NCBI GenBank assembly: GCA_016866935.1
Contig: VGKS01000002.1
Coordinates: 1 to 47,451, forward strand
Source: Candidatus Pacearchaeota archaeon
GTDB taxonomy: Archaea > Nanobdellota > Nanobdellia > Pacearchaeales > GW2011-AR1
Length of the DNA: 47,451 nucleotides
Direction: 5' to 3'
The notes under the pieces were generated by a model. The model saw only the letters and a program-made list of their open reading frames with translations, was not told the DNA's origin and did not search any database. Positions 37,582-46,389 of this stretch are shown piece after piece (the stretch's first letter is position 1; each line of letters opens with the position of its first letter). The position numbers were made by a program, and so were the translations under genes.

Positions 37582-37756
37582 TTAAATGGCCCCGATGGTC
37601 TTCATGCTCCGCAGTGAGGAGCTCCACAGCGTAAGCGAGGAAGTCCGCAACAAGAGAGAATGAAGATATATTCAAATTGTAAAAGTTTAATGGCATCAAA
37701 AGTTACTTGTTCACTTTTGTGTGTTCAAATCCCTCATTGTTAAATGGCCCCGATGG
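37582..37756. mobile_element. Small structured element or integration scar bounded by a 17-bp direct repeat of the tRNA-Lys 3' end
   Basis: TTAAATGGCCCCGATGG at 37582-37598 and 37740-37756; internal GC-rich hairpins. Confidence 0.6.
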
Positions 37757-37819
37757 GATTTGAACCCACGACACCCGCGTTAAGAGCGCGGTGCTCTGAC
37801 CAGGCTGAGCTACGAGGCC
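37745..37819 (-). tRNA. tRNA-Lys(CTT)
   Basis: Acceptor GGCCTCG/CGGGGCC+A; anticodon arm CCGCG-CTCTTAA-CGCGG; T arm GTGGG-TTCAAAT-CCCAT. Confidence 0.96.
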
Positions 37820-37899
37820 GTATAATTAATGTCCAAAAATCTGTATTTAACTGTTGCTATTTAGTATAATTTTTAAACTATTTAATAGAAAAAATTTCT

Positions 37900-38310
37900 A
37901 TGATTGGATCAATAGATCACAAAGCAGATATATGTCTTTTTTTAGAACCTTCTGAAATTGTGGCTATGGCTTCTGCAACTCTTGAAGGAGTGCTTATTAT
38001 GGCTCACAATATTAAAAGTCAAGGAACATTTTCTATAACTGTAAATAATGCACGCCAATATGAAAATGGAGGAGGAATAGGTATAGAAGATCAGGGTTAT
38101 CATAGAAATGCTACGGACTTTAGGATAAATGTTTTTGTAGGAGACCAATTCTACCGCCTTCTTGTTTCAAACGGAGGAATAGGAACAAGAACTAGATTAA
38201 GAGATGGAAGTAAAATTGATATTAGTGATATTTCTAAGCTAGAATCAACTGAAAGAATGTATTTAGAAGATTTAATCTTTTATAGAGATAATAAAGATAG
38301 GTTACATTAA
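37900..38310 (+). CDS. Hypothetical protein
   Basis: 136-aa ORF; TTTAAA about 25 nt upstream. Confidence 0.75.
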   Translation: MIGSIDHKADICLFLEPSEIVAMASATLEGVLIMAHNIKSQGTFSITVNNARQYENGGGIGIEDQGYHRNATDFRINVFVGDQFYRLLVSNGGIGTRTRLRDGSKIDISDISKLESTERMYLEDLIFYRDNKDRLH

Positions 38311-38311
38311 T

Positions 38312-38629
38312 TTACTTAATCTTTTCAGCTAACTTAACAATATCATTCTCACTTAAAGCTCCAACCTTCATATCTACAGCTTTTCCATTCTTGAATGCAA
38401 TAGTTGTAGGAATACTCATGACTCCAAAATTCATCGCAACATCTTGTGCACCATCGACATTAAGCTTTGCAAACTTAACTCCGGTAACTTTGCCAGAGGC
38501 TTTCTCAAAGTTAGGGGCCATTATTTTACAAGGACCACACCAATCCGCATAAAAGTCAACAATTACTGAACCTTTGGCAATAGAAGAGTTAAAATTCTTT
38601 GATGTTAAAACCTCAATATTTCCAGCCAT
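38312..38629 (-). CDS. trxA: Thioredoxin
   Basis: VDFYADWCGPCK, MSIPT, FKNG. Confidence 0.97.
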   Translation of the reverse strand: MAGNIEVLTSKNFNSSIAKGSVIVDFYADWCGPCKIMAPNFEKASGKVTGVKFAKLNVDGAQDVAMNFGVMSIPTTIAFKNGKAVDMKVGALSENDIVKLAEKIK

Positions 38630-38785
38630 AAAAGATTAGATAAAAAACAATTAATAAATATTACGGTTCACTTAATAATAACTTGTCAACAAACAATCAA
38701 ATAACTTATATAGTAAATTTAATTGATAAGGGAATGAAAAAAAGGGTTGAAGATAAAAATCTAAAAATATGTTATGTTCTAATTT

Positions 38786-39007
38786 TCATTCTTTTGCTAT
38801 TTCTTCAATATAATTATTCCCAAATTTATCAACGCAAACTCTAGGATATATTTGTATTACAGAATATCCTTCATTAATACATTCATCAAGACCATCAATC
38901 TCATTATCCATTTTATTATCAAAATATTTTCCAGCCTCGTAAAGTGCAAAAGCTCCGGCTGAGTATACTATAATCATTATCACTACAAATCCAATTATTT
39001 TTATCAT
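38786..39007 (-). CDS. Small membrane-anchored protein with a two-Cys domain
   Basis: TM followed by ECINEGYSVIQIYPRVCVDKFGNNYIEE. Confidence 0.7.
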   Translation of the reverse strand: MIKIIGFVVIMIIVYSAGAFALYEAGKYFDNKMDNEIDGLDECINEGYSVIQIYPRVCVDKFGNNYIEEIAKE

Positions 39008-39122
39008 GTCAAAAAAGAATTATTTTAGTATTTAAATGCAGAGAAGACTTCGATTATCTTTGAAGTAAAAATATTACAACTTTTAACAATACATTTATTA
39101 ATTAAAAAGATTAATTGTTAAA

Positions 39123-39824
39123 ATGAGAAAGAACATACTTTTTTTGATAGTTCTAGTAATTCTTGTATTAATATCAGCTTATTATTCTCTGAATTATTCT
39201 CAAGAAGAAAATCTTGGATGGATTGAGGGCAATTTGTTAAATAGCGAAGTAGTTAAGGTCAGTGAGTGCAACTATAATTCTGAAGAAGTTTATTACTTTG
39301 AATCTCCAGAATGTTGCGATTTTATAAATCACTTATATAATTCTAAAGGAGAGATTATATGTTCTTTTGGAGGAATAGCTGGAACAAATACCTGCCCTGA
39401 TTTTGATATTTCCTCATGCATTAAAAATATTTGGAATATTCCAAATAACGATAATCTTACTAATTGCAAAGTATGGAAAGACGACTGTAATACTTGTACA
39501 AAACAAGGTTGTACAGAAATCGCATGTTCTGAACGTACAGGAATTAAGTGTATTGAGTATAACTCAGAAAGTAATGCAGAATATAAAAATTTAGAAGAAT
39601 ATGCTTTGTCAATAGATTACTCATGCAATAAAGATTCAGACTGTGTTATAAAAGACATTCATAACTGTTGTGGCTATTACCCTGCATGTGCAAATAAGAA
39701 TGCAAGAACAGATCCTGATTTTGTAAGCAAATTCTGTTCTGAAGAAGGATTATATTCGGTATGTGGATGGGCATCAATAAAAAGTTGTGGGTGTCTAAAT
39801 AATAAATGCCAAGGCGTTTTTTAG
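39123..39824 (+). CDS. Secreted/anchored cysteine-rich multidomain protein
   Basis: N-terminal TM; more than 20 Cys arranged in three modules. Confidence 0.85.
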   Translation: MRKNILFLIVLVILVLISAYYSLNYSQEENLGWIEGNLLNSEVVKVSECNYNSEEVYYFESPECCDFINHLYNSKGEIICSFGGIAGTNTCPDFDISSCIKNIWNIPNNDNLTNCKVWKDDCNTCTKQGCTEIACSERTGIKCIEYNSESNAEYKNLEEYALSIDYSCNKDSDCVIKDIHNCCGYYPACANKNARTDPDFVSKFCSEEGLYSVCGWASIKSCGCLNNKCQGVF

Positions 39825-39878
39825 ATCTCTAAACTAATCATATTCTTTCTAAAATAATATAAAATTGTTAAATTTTAA

Positions 39879-40417
39879 TTACTTTCTTCTTCTTTTATCA
39901 ATATCGAAAATTTGGTTAAGACTTTCAAGTTCATCAGCATATTCGCCATAACCTTTAACAATCTTCTCTCTAGAAGGAAAAGTATATCTTACTACTTCAG
40001 CAACTTCAGTCGGAAAAACAGCTGCTTCAACATCTTCAAGTGAAACCCTATATATCTCGCCTCTAGCTTCATTTCTACTACTTGATAATTTATCTCGTCT
40101 TACTACAAATAATCCTCTTCCAAAATCCCAGTGACCAACTGCCCCATTATATTCTATTCCAAGCTCTCCATAGTTTTCTTGATATTTATAATGTCTTAAT
40201 TTGCCGTCTATAAAGATTTTAGCAACTGTTTGAAAACCAGTGGATTCAACACCGTGAGCCATCAATTTAAGCCCAAATCTTTTATTAAATTCAACTCCTG
40301 CTTGGAACAATCTTTTTCTTTCTTCATCACCAAAAAAACATATTGTGGTCCATGACGTCTAACTAGTTCTTGATGCATATAATCTGAAATTAGCTGAAAT
40401 CCATTATCGTCTTTCAT
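39879..40417 (-). pseudogene. Hypothetical protein with a frameshift in a T7 run (40332-40338)
   Basis: The ATG 40417 frame (MKDDNGFQLISDY...GPQYVF) follows a TTTAAAA box and joins the 39879..40310 frame (FGDEERKRLFQAG) if one T is added. Confidence 0.6.
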
Positions 40418-40476
40418 AAAAAAAACACTAAAAATGGCCGTTTTAAACCTTTCTATTAGTAACTACTAAGAAGTAA

Positions 40477-43350
40477 CTATTCACCACAACCACTTCTCTG
40501 TGTTTGATTACAAGAATTACACTTTATTGCGCAATTACCTATTCTCTTCGCAGAACCGCCACATAATCCACACACAAGTCCTTCATCACTCGTAAACAAT
40601 GTAAGCTCTCTTTGCTCTTCTTTCAAAGCAGGAATTTCAATTGTAGGAATCTCAACTTCTATCATTTGAGTTTTACCAAATGTATTAAGCATGAACTGTG
40701 AAATGTAATCCACAATTGAAGAAGCGGTTCTTATTGTTGTTCTGCTCTTATCTAATTCTCCTTGTTCTTCTCCGTTTCTTACAAATCCGCTAGGTTCAAA
40801 CTTCTGATGCCTGAATTTACCAAACAATTCGTTAACTGAAACTCCATACTGTAAGTTCATTGATGAAGATAAAGCCCAAGCATCAATTAAACCGCGAACA
40901 GTAGAACCTTGTTTAGCCATTGTTACAAATATTTCTCCAGGTCTACCGTCATCATAAAGTCCTACAGTCAAATAACCTTTCTGATCTGCAAGTTCAAACT
41001 TATGAGTAATTGACTTTCTTGTTTGAGGCATATATTCTCTAGATTGTTTAACCGTAACAACTTCCGCTTTCTTTGCCATCTCCCCTTCAGTCTTTTTAAC
41101 ATTCAAAGGCTGAGATCTTTTTGAGTTCTCACGGTAAATTGCAACAGCTTTTAGTCCGCGTTCCCATGCAAACATGTACGCATCCATTATCTCTTCAATC
41201 GTAGCAGATTCAGGCATGTTAATTGTCTTAGAAATTGCTCCAGAGATATATGGCTGGCAAACTGCCATCATTAATACATGTCCTTTGTAATGAATAGAAC
41301 GTTTGCCTTTAGCAGCCTTAAATGCACAATCAAATACTGGCAAATGTTCCACTTTCAAGTTAGGAGCTCCCTCAATAGTATCATTTTTATTAATATAATC
41401 AAGAATATTTTTCACATCTACCTCATCATACCCCAATCTACCAAGGGCAAGGCCAACAGAACGATTAACTATTTTTAACATTCCTCCTCCAGAAAGAACT
41501 TTGTATTTGACAAGAGCGATATCAGGTTCAATTCCTGTTGTATCGCAATCCATCATAAATGCAATTGTTCCTGTAGGAGCTAAGACTGTGGCCTGAGAAT
41601 TCCTAAATCCATATTGTTTACCAAGTTCATAAGCATCGCTCCAAGAATCCCATGCTTCATTTACCAAAAATCTCAAATCATAAGGAATTTTATTTACATC
41701 GATGTCTTTTACATGATCACGATGCATTGCAATAACTTGAAGCATTGAATCCCTATTCTCAGCATATCTAGGGAAAGGACCAACAATTGAAGCAATATTA
41801 GCAGATGCCTTGTAAGCCTGTCCGCACATCAAAGCAGTTATAGCAGCTGAAACTGCTCTACCCTCATCAGAATCATAAGGCAATCCAAAGCTCATTAATA
41901 ATGCTCCTAAATTAGCATATCCTAATCCAAGAGGTCTAAAATCATGAGAGTTCTGAGCTATCTTTTCAGTTGGGTAAGAGCTTCCATCTACAAGTAATTC
42001 CATAGAAGTAATAAATCTATCAACAACTTTCTTAAAAGACATAGCATCAAATTTTCCCTCACTAGTCAAGAATTTCATCAAATTAATAGATGCTAAGTTA
42101 CAGGCAGAATCATCTAAAAACATGTACTCGCTGCACGGATTAGACGCATTAATTCTACCAGAAACTTTTGAAGTATGGTATTTGTTTATTATAGTATCAA
42201 ATTGCATTCCAGGGTCACCACAAATATGCGTTCCCTCAGCAATCTTACGCAATATATCCGTTGCCTTAAATGTATCAGAAACCTTACCATCCTTCACAAA
42301 CTTTGTCTGCCATTCTCCATCAGTTTTAACAGCATCCATGAAAGAGTCAGAGGCTCTTACAGACATATTACAATTCTGGAAAGCAATAGAAGCATAGGCT
42401 TCTCCATTCATTCCTCCAGAATATCCTTGTTCAATCAAAGCCCAAGCTTTCTTCTCCTCTTTTTGCTTAGACTCTATAAAATCAATAACATCTGGATGGT
42501 CAACATTCAGAATTTCCATTTTAGCTGCCCTTCTAGTCTTTCCTCCGGACTTAATAGCTCCAGCATAAGCATCATATCCTTTCATAAAAGATAAAGGACC
42601 GCTACTCTTTCCCCCCCCAGTCAATTTTTCCTTACTGCTTCTTAGAGTAGAACGATTAGTTCCAGTACCAGATCCAGCTTTGAAAAGATTAGCTTCAGCT
42701 ACTTGAACAGTCATAATAGAATCCATTGTATCTTCCATACTTTGAATGAAACATGCAGAACACTGAGGTCTATCCATTGTTTTTTGAGATTTGACTACTT
42801 TTCCGCTAGCCTCATCCCAAACATAAGCTGAGACTCCTCCAGCAATTGGATTATATTCCTGTATTCCAACATTAAACCAAACAGGAGAATTGAAAATAGA
42901 CATCTGATTTAAACATATAGAAGCTATCTCATCTCTTAATGAATCAGCCTGCTCTTGACTGAAATATCTTTGTTTTACTGCCTGTCTTCCTATAAATCTA
43001 GAAACTCTTCCTATAATCTTCTCAACAGAGTCCTCTCTTTCTCCTTTAGCCTGGTCACCCCAAAAATATTTACTAGCAACAACTTTCAAAGCAAGACTGC
43101 TCCAAAAATCAGGTTTCTTTACACCCTTCTGAGTAAACACAACTTTACCCATGTCATCTGTAACTGCAACATCTTCAGACACCCAGTTTATCTCTTTACC
43201 AAACATATCATATTTGTAAGCGCCTCTTCCAAGTCTTGTAAAGTATCTATCTACTAAAGAATTAGGATTTGCAAATTCACTTGTTTGTTTTGAACCGAAT
43301 GAAATAGAATTAGAATTGTTATCTTGGTTTGTGTTATTTTCAAAATTCAT
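40477..43350 (-). CDS. nrdJ: Adenosylcobalamin-dependent (class II) ribonucleotide reductase with C-terminal TSCPD-like domain and Zn ribbon
   Basis: FNSPVWFN, PQCSACF, KSGGKTRRAAKM, SNPCSEY, ACNLAS, APTGTI, GAISKT; C-terminal CGLC...CNSC...SGCG. Confidence 0.96.
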   Translation of the reverse strand: MNFENNTNQDNNSNSISFGSKQTSEFANPNSLVDRYFTRLGRGAYKYDMFGKEINWVSEDVAVTDDMGKVVFTQKGVKKPDFWSSLALKVVASKYFWGDQAKGEREDSVEKIIGRVSRFIGRQAVKQRYFSQEQADSLRDEIASICLNQMSIFNSPVWFNVGIQEYNPIAGGVSAYVWDEASGKVVKSQKTMDRPQCSACFIQSMEDTMDSIMTVQVAEANLFKAGSGTGTNRSTLRSSKEKLTGGGKSSGPLSFMKGYDAYAGAIKSGGKTRRAAKMEILNVDHPDVIDFIESKQKEEKKAWALIEQGYSGGMNGEAYASIAFQNCNMSVRASDSFMDAVKTDGEWQTKFVKDGKVSDTFKATDILRKIAEGTHICGDPGMQFDTIINKYHTSKVSGRINASNPCSEYMFLDDSACNLASINLMKFLTSEGKFDAMSFKKVVDRFITSMELLVDGSSYPTEKIAQNSHDFRPLGLGYANLGALLMSFGLPYDSDEGRAVSAAITALMCGQAYKASANIASIVGPFPRYAENRDSMLQVIAMHRDHVKDIDVNKIPYDLRFLVNEAWDSWSDAYELGKQYGFRNSQATVLAPTGTIAFMMDCDTTGIEPDIALVKYKVLSGGGMLKIVNRSVGLALGRLGYDEVDVKNILDYINKNDTIEGAPNLKVEHLPVFDCAFKAAKGKRSIHYKGHVLMMAVCQPYISGAISKTINMPESATIEEIMDAYMFAWERGLKAVAIYRENSKRSQPLNVKKTEGEMAKKAEVVTVKQSREYMPQTRKSITHKFELADQKGYLTVGLYDDGRPGEIFVTMAKQGSTVRGLIDAWALSSSMNLQYGVSVNELFGKFRHQKFEPSGFVRNGEEQGELDKSRTTIRTASSIVDYISQFMLNTFGKTQMIEVEIPTIEIPALKEEQRELTLFTSDEGLVCGLCGGSAKRIGNCAIKCNSCNQTQRSGCGE

Positions 43351-43363
43351 TCTTTTTGGCCTC

Positions 43364-43382
43364 TTTTTATCGTCGATAAAAA
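43364..43382. promoter_or_regulatory. Perfect palindrome just upstream of the nrdJ SD (candidate operator)
   Basis: TTTTTATCG-T-CGATAAAAA, directly followed on the minus strand by GAGG and, about 8 nt later, the ATG. Confidence 0.45.
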
Positions 43383-43498
43383 ATATTTCTAATTATTTTT
43401 TTCAACTTATCGCACACAAACAAATTCTATATTTAAACTTTTATATGGTTTAGAAAACACCAAATTAATTTTCCAGTAGTAATCGCTTTTTGTTCGTT

Positions 43499-44377
43499 TT
43501 ATTTCTTTACCATGGCAGTAAATTGAGCATCATCAGGTAAATCCAAAGATATTTTCTTAACCTCATTATTTATTTTAATAAATTCTTCATATGTTATATT
43601 ATTTTCTCTTTTATATTTACACCAATCGCAATATTTTCCACCACAAGCCGGCCATTCAGTAGCATTTTCGATGCTTTTTACAAGTTCAAGAGTATCCTTC
43701 TTTAACTTTTCAAGCTGCTCTTTGTTTCTTTCAGAAACAATTTTCTGATTGAAATTTAGAAAATGCCATATTAATCTAACTTTAATGTCTTTTCCAAAAG
43801 TCTCACGCAGCCCAATATCATAAAATGCAAGTTGCCTGTCTTTCTCAAAATCCTCTTTCTTTTTCATTGACTGATTAGTCTTATAATCATGAACCTCATA
43901 AACTCCATCTTCTCCTAAATCCAATCTATCAATAAATCCTTGAATCTTGTATTTTCCTTCTTCGTCTAAAGGAAAAAGAATTTTATGTTCTATAGCAATT
44001 ACTTTTTGATTAAAAGGTTTATTTTTAGTATAATAATCTACTAAGAATCTAATTCCTTTATTGTAATTATCTATTTCATCCCCATTAATTATTCCCACAT
44101 CTTCTTTTTCTATGTTTTTTATCCAGTTTTCTGTAAAGTATTCAATCAGTTCATCTACAGTAACTTCTCTATGTTTTACTTGATGATAAAGCCATTCCAG
44201 TGCTTCATGAGTCATTGTACCCAAGAATAGAGGCATTGCAGTTGGAATAGGTGGAGAAAGTTTATCAATATACCTTAATTTGTAGAACTCAGGACATGAT
44301 TCATAAAGCCACAAACGAGAATGCGAGAATATCTTCTCACCATTTTTTTCATCACTTTTTCCATTTCTTACAGCCAT
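43499..44377 (-). CDS. PD-(D/E)XK nuclease, RecB/AddB/Cas4-like
   Basis: FSHSRL..YESCP, LGTMTHEALE, IQGFIDRLD, VHDYKT, QLAFY, C-x4-CDWC. Confidence 0.92.
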   Translation of the reverse strand: MAVRNGKSDEKNGEKIFSHSRLWLYESCPEFYKLRYIDKLSPPIPTAMPLFLGTMTHEALEWLYHQVKHREVTVDELIEYFTENWIKNIEKEDVGIINGDEIDNYNKGIRFLVDYYTKNKPFNQKVIAIEHKILFPLDEEGKYKIQGFIDRLDLGEDGVYEVHDYKTNQSMKKKEDFEKDRQLAFYDIGLRETFGKDIKVRLIWHFLNFNQKIVSERNKEQLEKLKKDTLELVKSIENATEWPACGGKYCDWCKYKRENNITYEEFIKINNEVKKISLDLPDDAQFTAMVKK

Positions 44378-44512
44378 TTAATCAATCACCATGTCACAAA
44401 CACAAAAGCCCATATTATAAAAATATGTCTATGAACTCTTAATAGAATGGTTTTTAAAGTAGTTAACTTTACAATAATTAATAACTGTTCTGGTATGTTC
44501 TGCTATACAGGA

Positions 44513-45027
44513 CTACTTTTTTGATAAGGCTTTCTTTAGATTAATTGACCCATCACATGATTTTATGAGTAAATAAGAGGAACTTTTAGGAAAGAAAGCA
44601 TTTATTACTCTTTTCATATTTTTCTGAACTAATTTAATTGCAGGAATAAAATCTTCATCTCCTGAAACTATTATTGCTACATCATAAAGATTTTCATAAT
44701 CTCCTTGGATTAAATCTGTTGCTAAATAAACATCATCTCCTTTTATGATATATTCTATCTTTCCATCCTCAAGTAAAATTTTCTTAAGATTACACAAGAC
44801 TACATTAAAGTTTGGAATCTTCTTTAGTTTATCCAAGAATACTAGATGATTATTATATTTACCAATATCCTTCTCTTTGTCTAATAAAGCAACATAATAA
44901 TTACAACTTTCCTTTTAGTTTCCAATTTTTTAATTAATTCTTCAAATCTAATTTTAAGTCCATATCTTTTTAAATTATTATCTAAATTGCTTCCATCTAT
45001 AAAAATTGCAACTCTTTGATCTTGCAT
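44513..45027 (-). pseudogene. NYN/LabA (PIN-like) domain protein, frameshifted at about 44900
   Basis: N-terminal RVAIFIDGSNL from ATG 45027 is in one frame; YYVALLD...KGDDVYLATD...IIVSGDEDFIPA is in another. Confidence 0.8.
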
Positions 45028-45057
45028 ATAATAGACATTATACCCAAGTTATAAAAT

Positions 45058-45135
45058 TTATCTTCTAGCTACTCTTCTAGAAACTTTTCTCTTCAAGATT
45101 GCTTTTCTTCTGCTTCTTCTAATAATTTTTCTCAT
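45058..45135 (-). CDS. Putative 25-aa Arg/Lys-rich peptide
   Basis: MRKIIRRSRRKAILKRKVSRRVARR; TTTAAAAA box about 25 nt upstream. Confidence 0.5.
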   Translation of the reverse strand: MRKIIRRSRRKAILKRKVSRRVARR

Positions 45136-45165
45136 ATCAAATAAATGTAAAAATTGTTTTTAAAC

Positions 45166-46278
45166 TTATCTAATGAGCTCATTCAAAACTTTCAAAAAAT
45201 AATCAACATCTTTTTTTGTTAAATCAATAGATAAGGAAACTCTAATAGAACTATTCATCTCTTTACTAGATAATCCAATCGCCTTAAGAGCAGAATCTTC
45301 AACTTCTTTTTTAGAATCACAAGCACTCCCTCTAGAAACATAGATTCCTTTTGCAGATAAATCAAACATTAATCGTTCGGAGTCAACTCCATCAAAACAG
45401 ACAAAGATATTATTTGCAAGTCTTTCTTCATCAGGTCCAATTATTCTTCCTCCAATTTTAATTAATCCTTCAGTCAAGTATTTTCTAATTTCATCAACTC
45501 TTTTCCAATCTTCTTTCATACTCAATTCAATAGCCTTGCTCATACCAACAATTCCAAGAGTATTCTCTGTTCCACTCCTAAGCCCTTTTTCTTGCCCTCC
45601 ACCATGAATAAGTGCAGAAAACTTAATTCCCTCACGAACATAAAGTATTCCAATTCCCTTTGGCCCTCCAATCTTATGGGCAGAAGCTGAAAGTAAGTCA
45701 ATATTCCAATCATGAACAAGAATTCGCATTTTACCAAAAGTTTGAGCAGCATCAGTATGAAATAAAACTCCTTTGCTCTTACAAATATCTCCAATCCTTT
45801 TCAAGTCCTGCACAGTGCCAAAGATATTATTTCCATGCATCACAGAAACAAACAAAGTCTCAGAATCAATATTTTTTTCAATAAAATCAATGTCAACAAA
45901 CCCATCCTTATATACAGGAATTTCTATTATTTTATATCCCCAATTTGCAAAAAGTTTAGCAGTCTCACGAATAGAAGGGTGTTCAATAGATGAAATTAAT
46001 ATCTTTTTTTTCTGCGAAGTATGTGCAAGCCCAGAAAAAATCCAATTGTTTGATTCTGTAGTACCAGAAGTAAAATATATTTCATGTGCCTTTGCCCCAA
46101 TTGCTCTTGAAATTTGAGTTCTAGATTCTAAAACTAATTTAGAAGCTTTATCCCCTAAATCATGTGAAGAACTAGGATTTCCGTAATTAGAAAGCATAGC
46201 TTCATTCATAACTTTAACAACTCCAGGATAAACCTTTGTAGTAGATGCATTATCAAAGTATAATTCTTTCATAATCAA
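45166..46278 (-). CDS. iscS: Cysteine desulfurase (IscS/NifS group I)
   Basis: YFDNASTT, YGNPSS, FTSGTTES, HTDAAQ, SAHKIGGPKG, RSGTEN, SRGSAC. Confidence 0.95.
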   Translation of the reverse strand: MIMKELYFDNASTTKVYPGVVKVMNEAMLSNYGNPSSSHDLGDKASKLVLESRTQISRAIGAKAHEIYFTSGTTESNNWIFSGLAHTSQKKKILISSIEHPSIRETAKLFANWGYKIIEIPVYKDGFVDIDFIEKNIDSETLFVSVMHGNNIFGTVQDLKRIGDICKSKGVLFHTDAAQTFGKMRILVHDWNIDLLSASAHKIGGPKGIGILYVREGIKFSALIHGGGQEKGLRSGTENTLGIVGMSKAIELSMKEDWKRVDEIRKYLTEGLIKIGGRIIGPDEERLANNIFVCFDGVDSERLMFDLSAKGIYVSRGSACDSKKEVEDSALKAIGLSSKEMNSSIRVSLSIDLTKKDVDYFLKVLNELIR

Positions 46279-46389
46279 ATATGTTCAATAGGGCTTTTAA
46301 CACTTGCCTTTATTAGATGAGGCCCTATAAATTAACCATATATAAATTATACTAGTAAGGCTTTTAATCTTAACAATCTAAAATTAATT

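Noticed and set aside
37586-37740. A plus-strand tRNA, split tRNA or intron-containing tRNA (GGCCCCGATGGTC...GTTCAAATCC)
   Set aside because: There is no matching acceptor 3' strand, anticodon arm or convincing T-stem. The resemblance comes from reverse-complement symmetry of tRNA-Lys pieces.
38734-38844. Plus-strand 36-aa ORF MKKRVEDKNLKICYVLIF... with a TATA box
   Set aside because: It overlaps the convergent gene by 59 nt, and its hydrophobic half is that gene's antisense. At most a truncated remnant.
25948-43350. Inteins or introns in EF-2, RNAP subunits or NrdJ
   Set aside because: Protein lengths are normal or short, and no intein splice motifs or homing endonuclease domains were seen.
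43499-44377. CRISPR-Cas system
   Set aside because: No repeat-spacer array or other cas gene was seen in the window.
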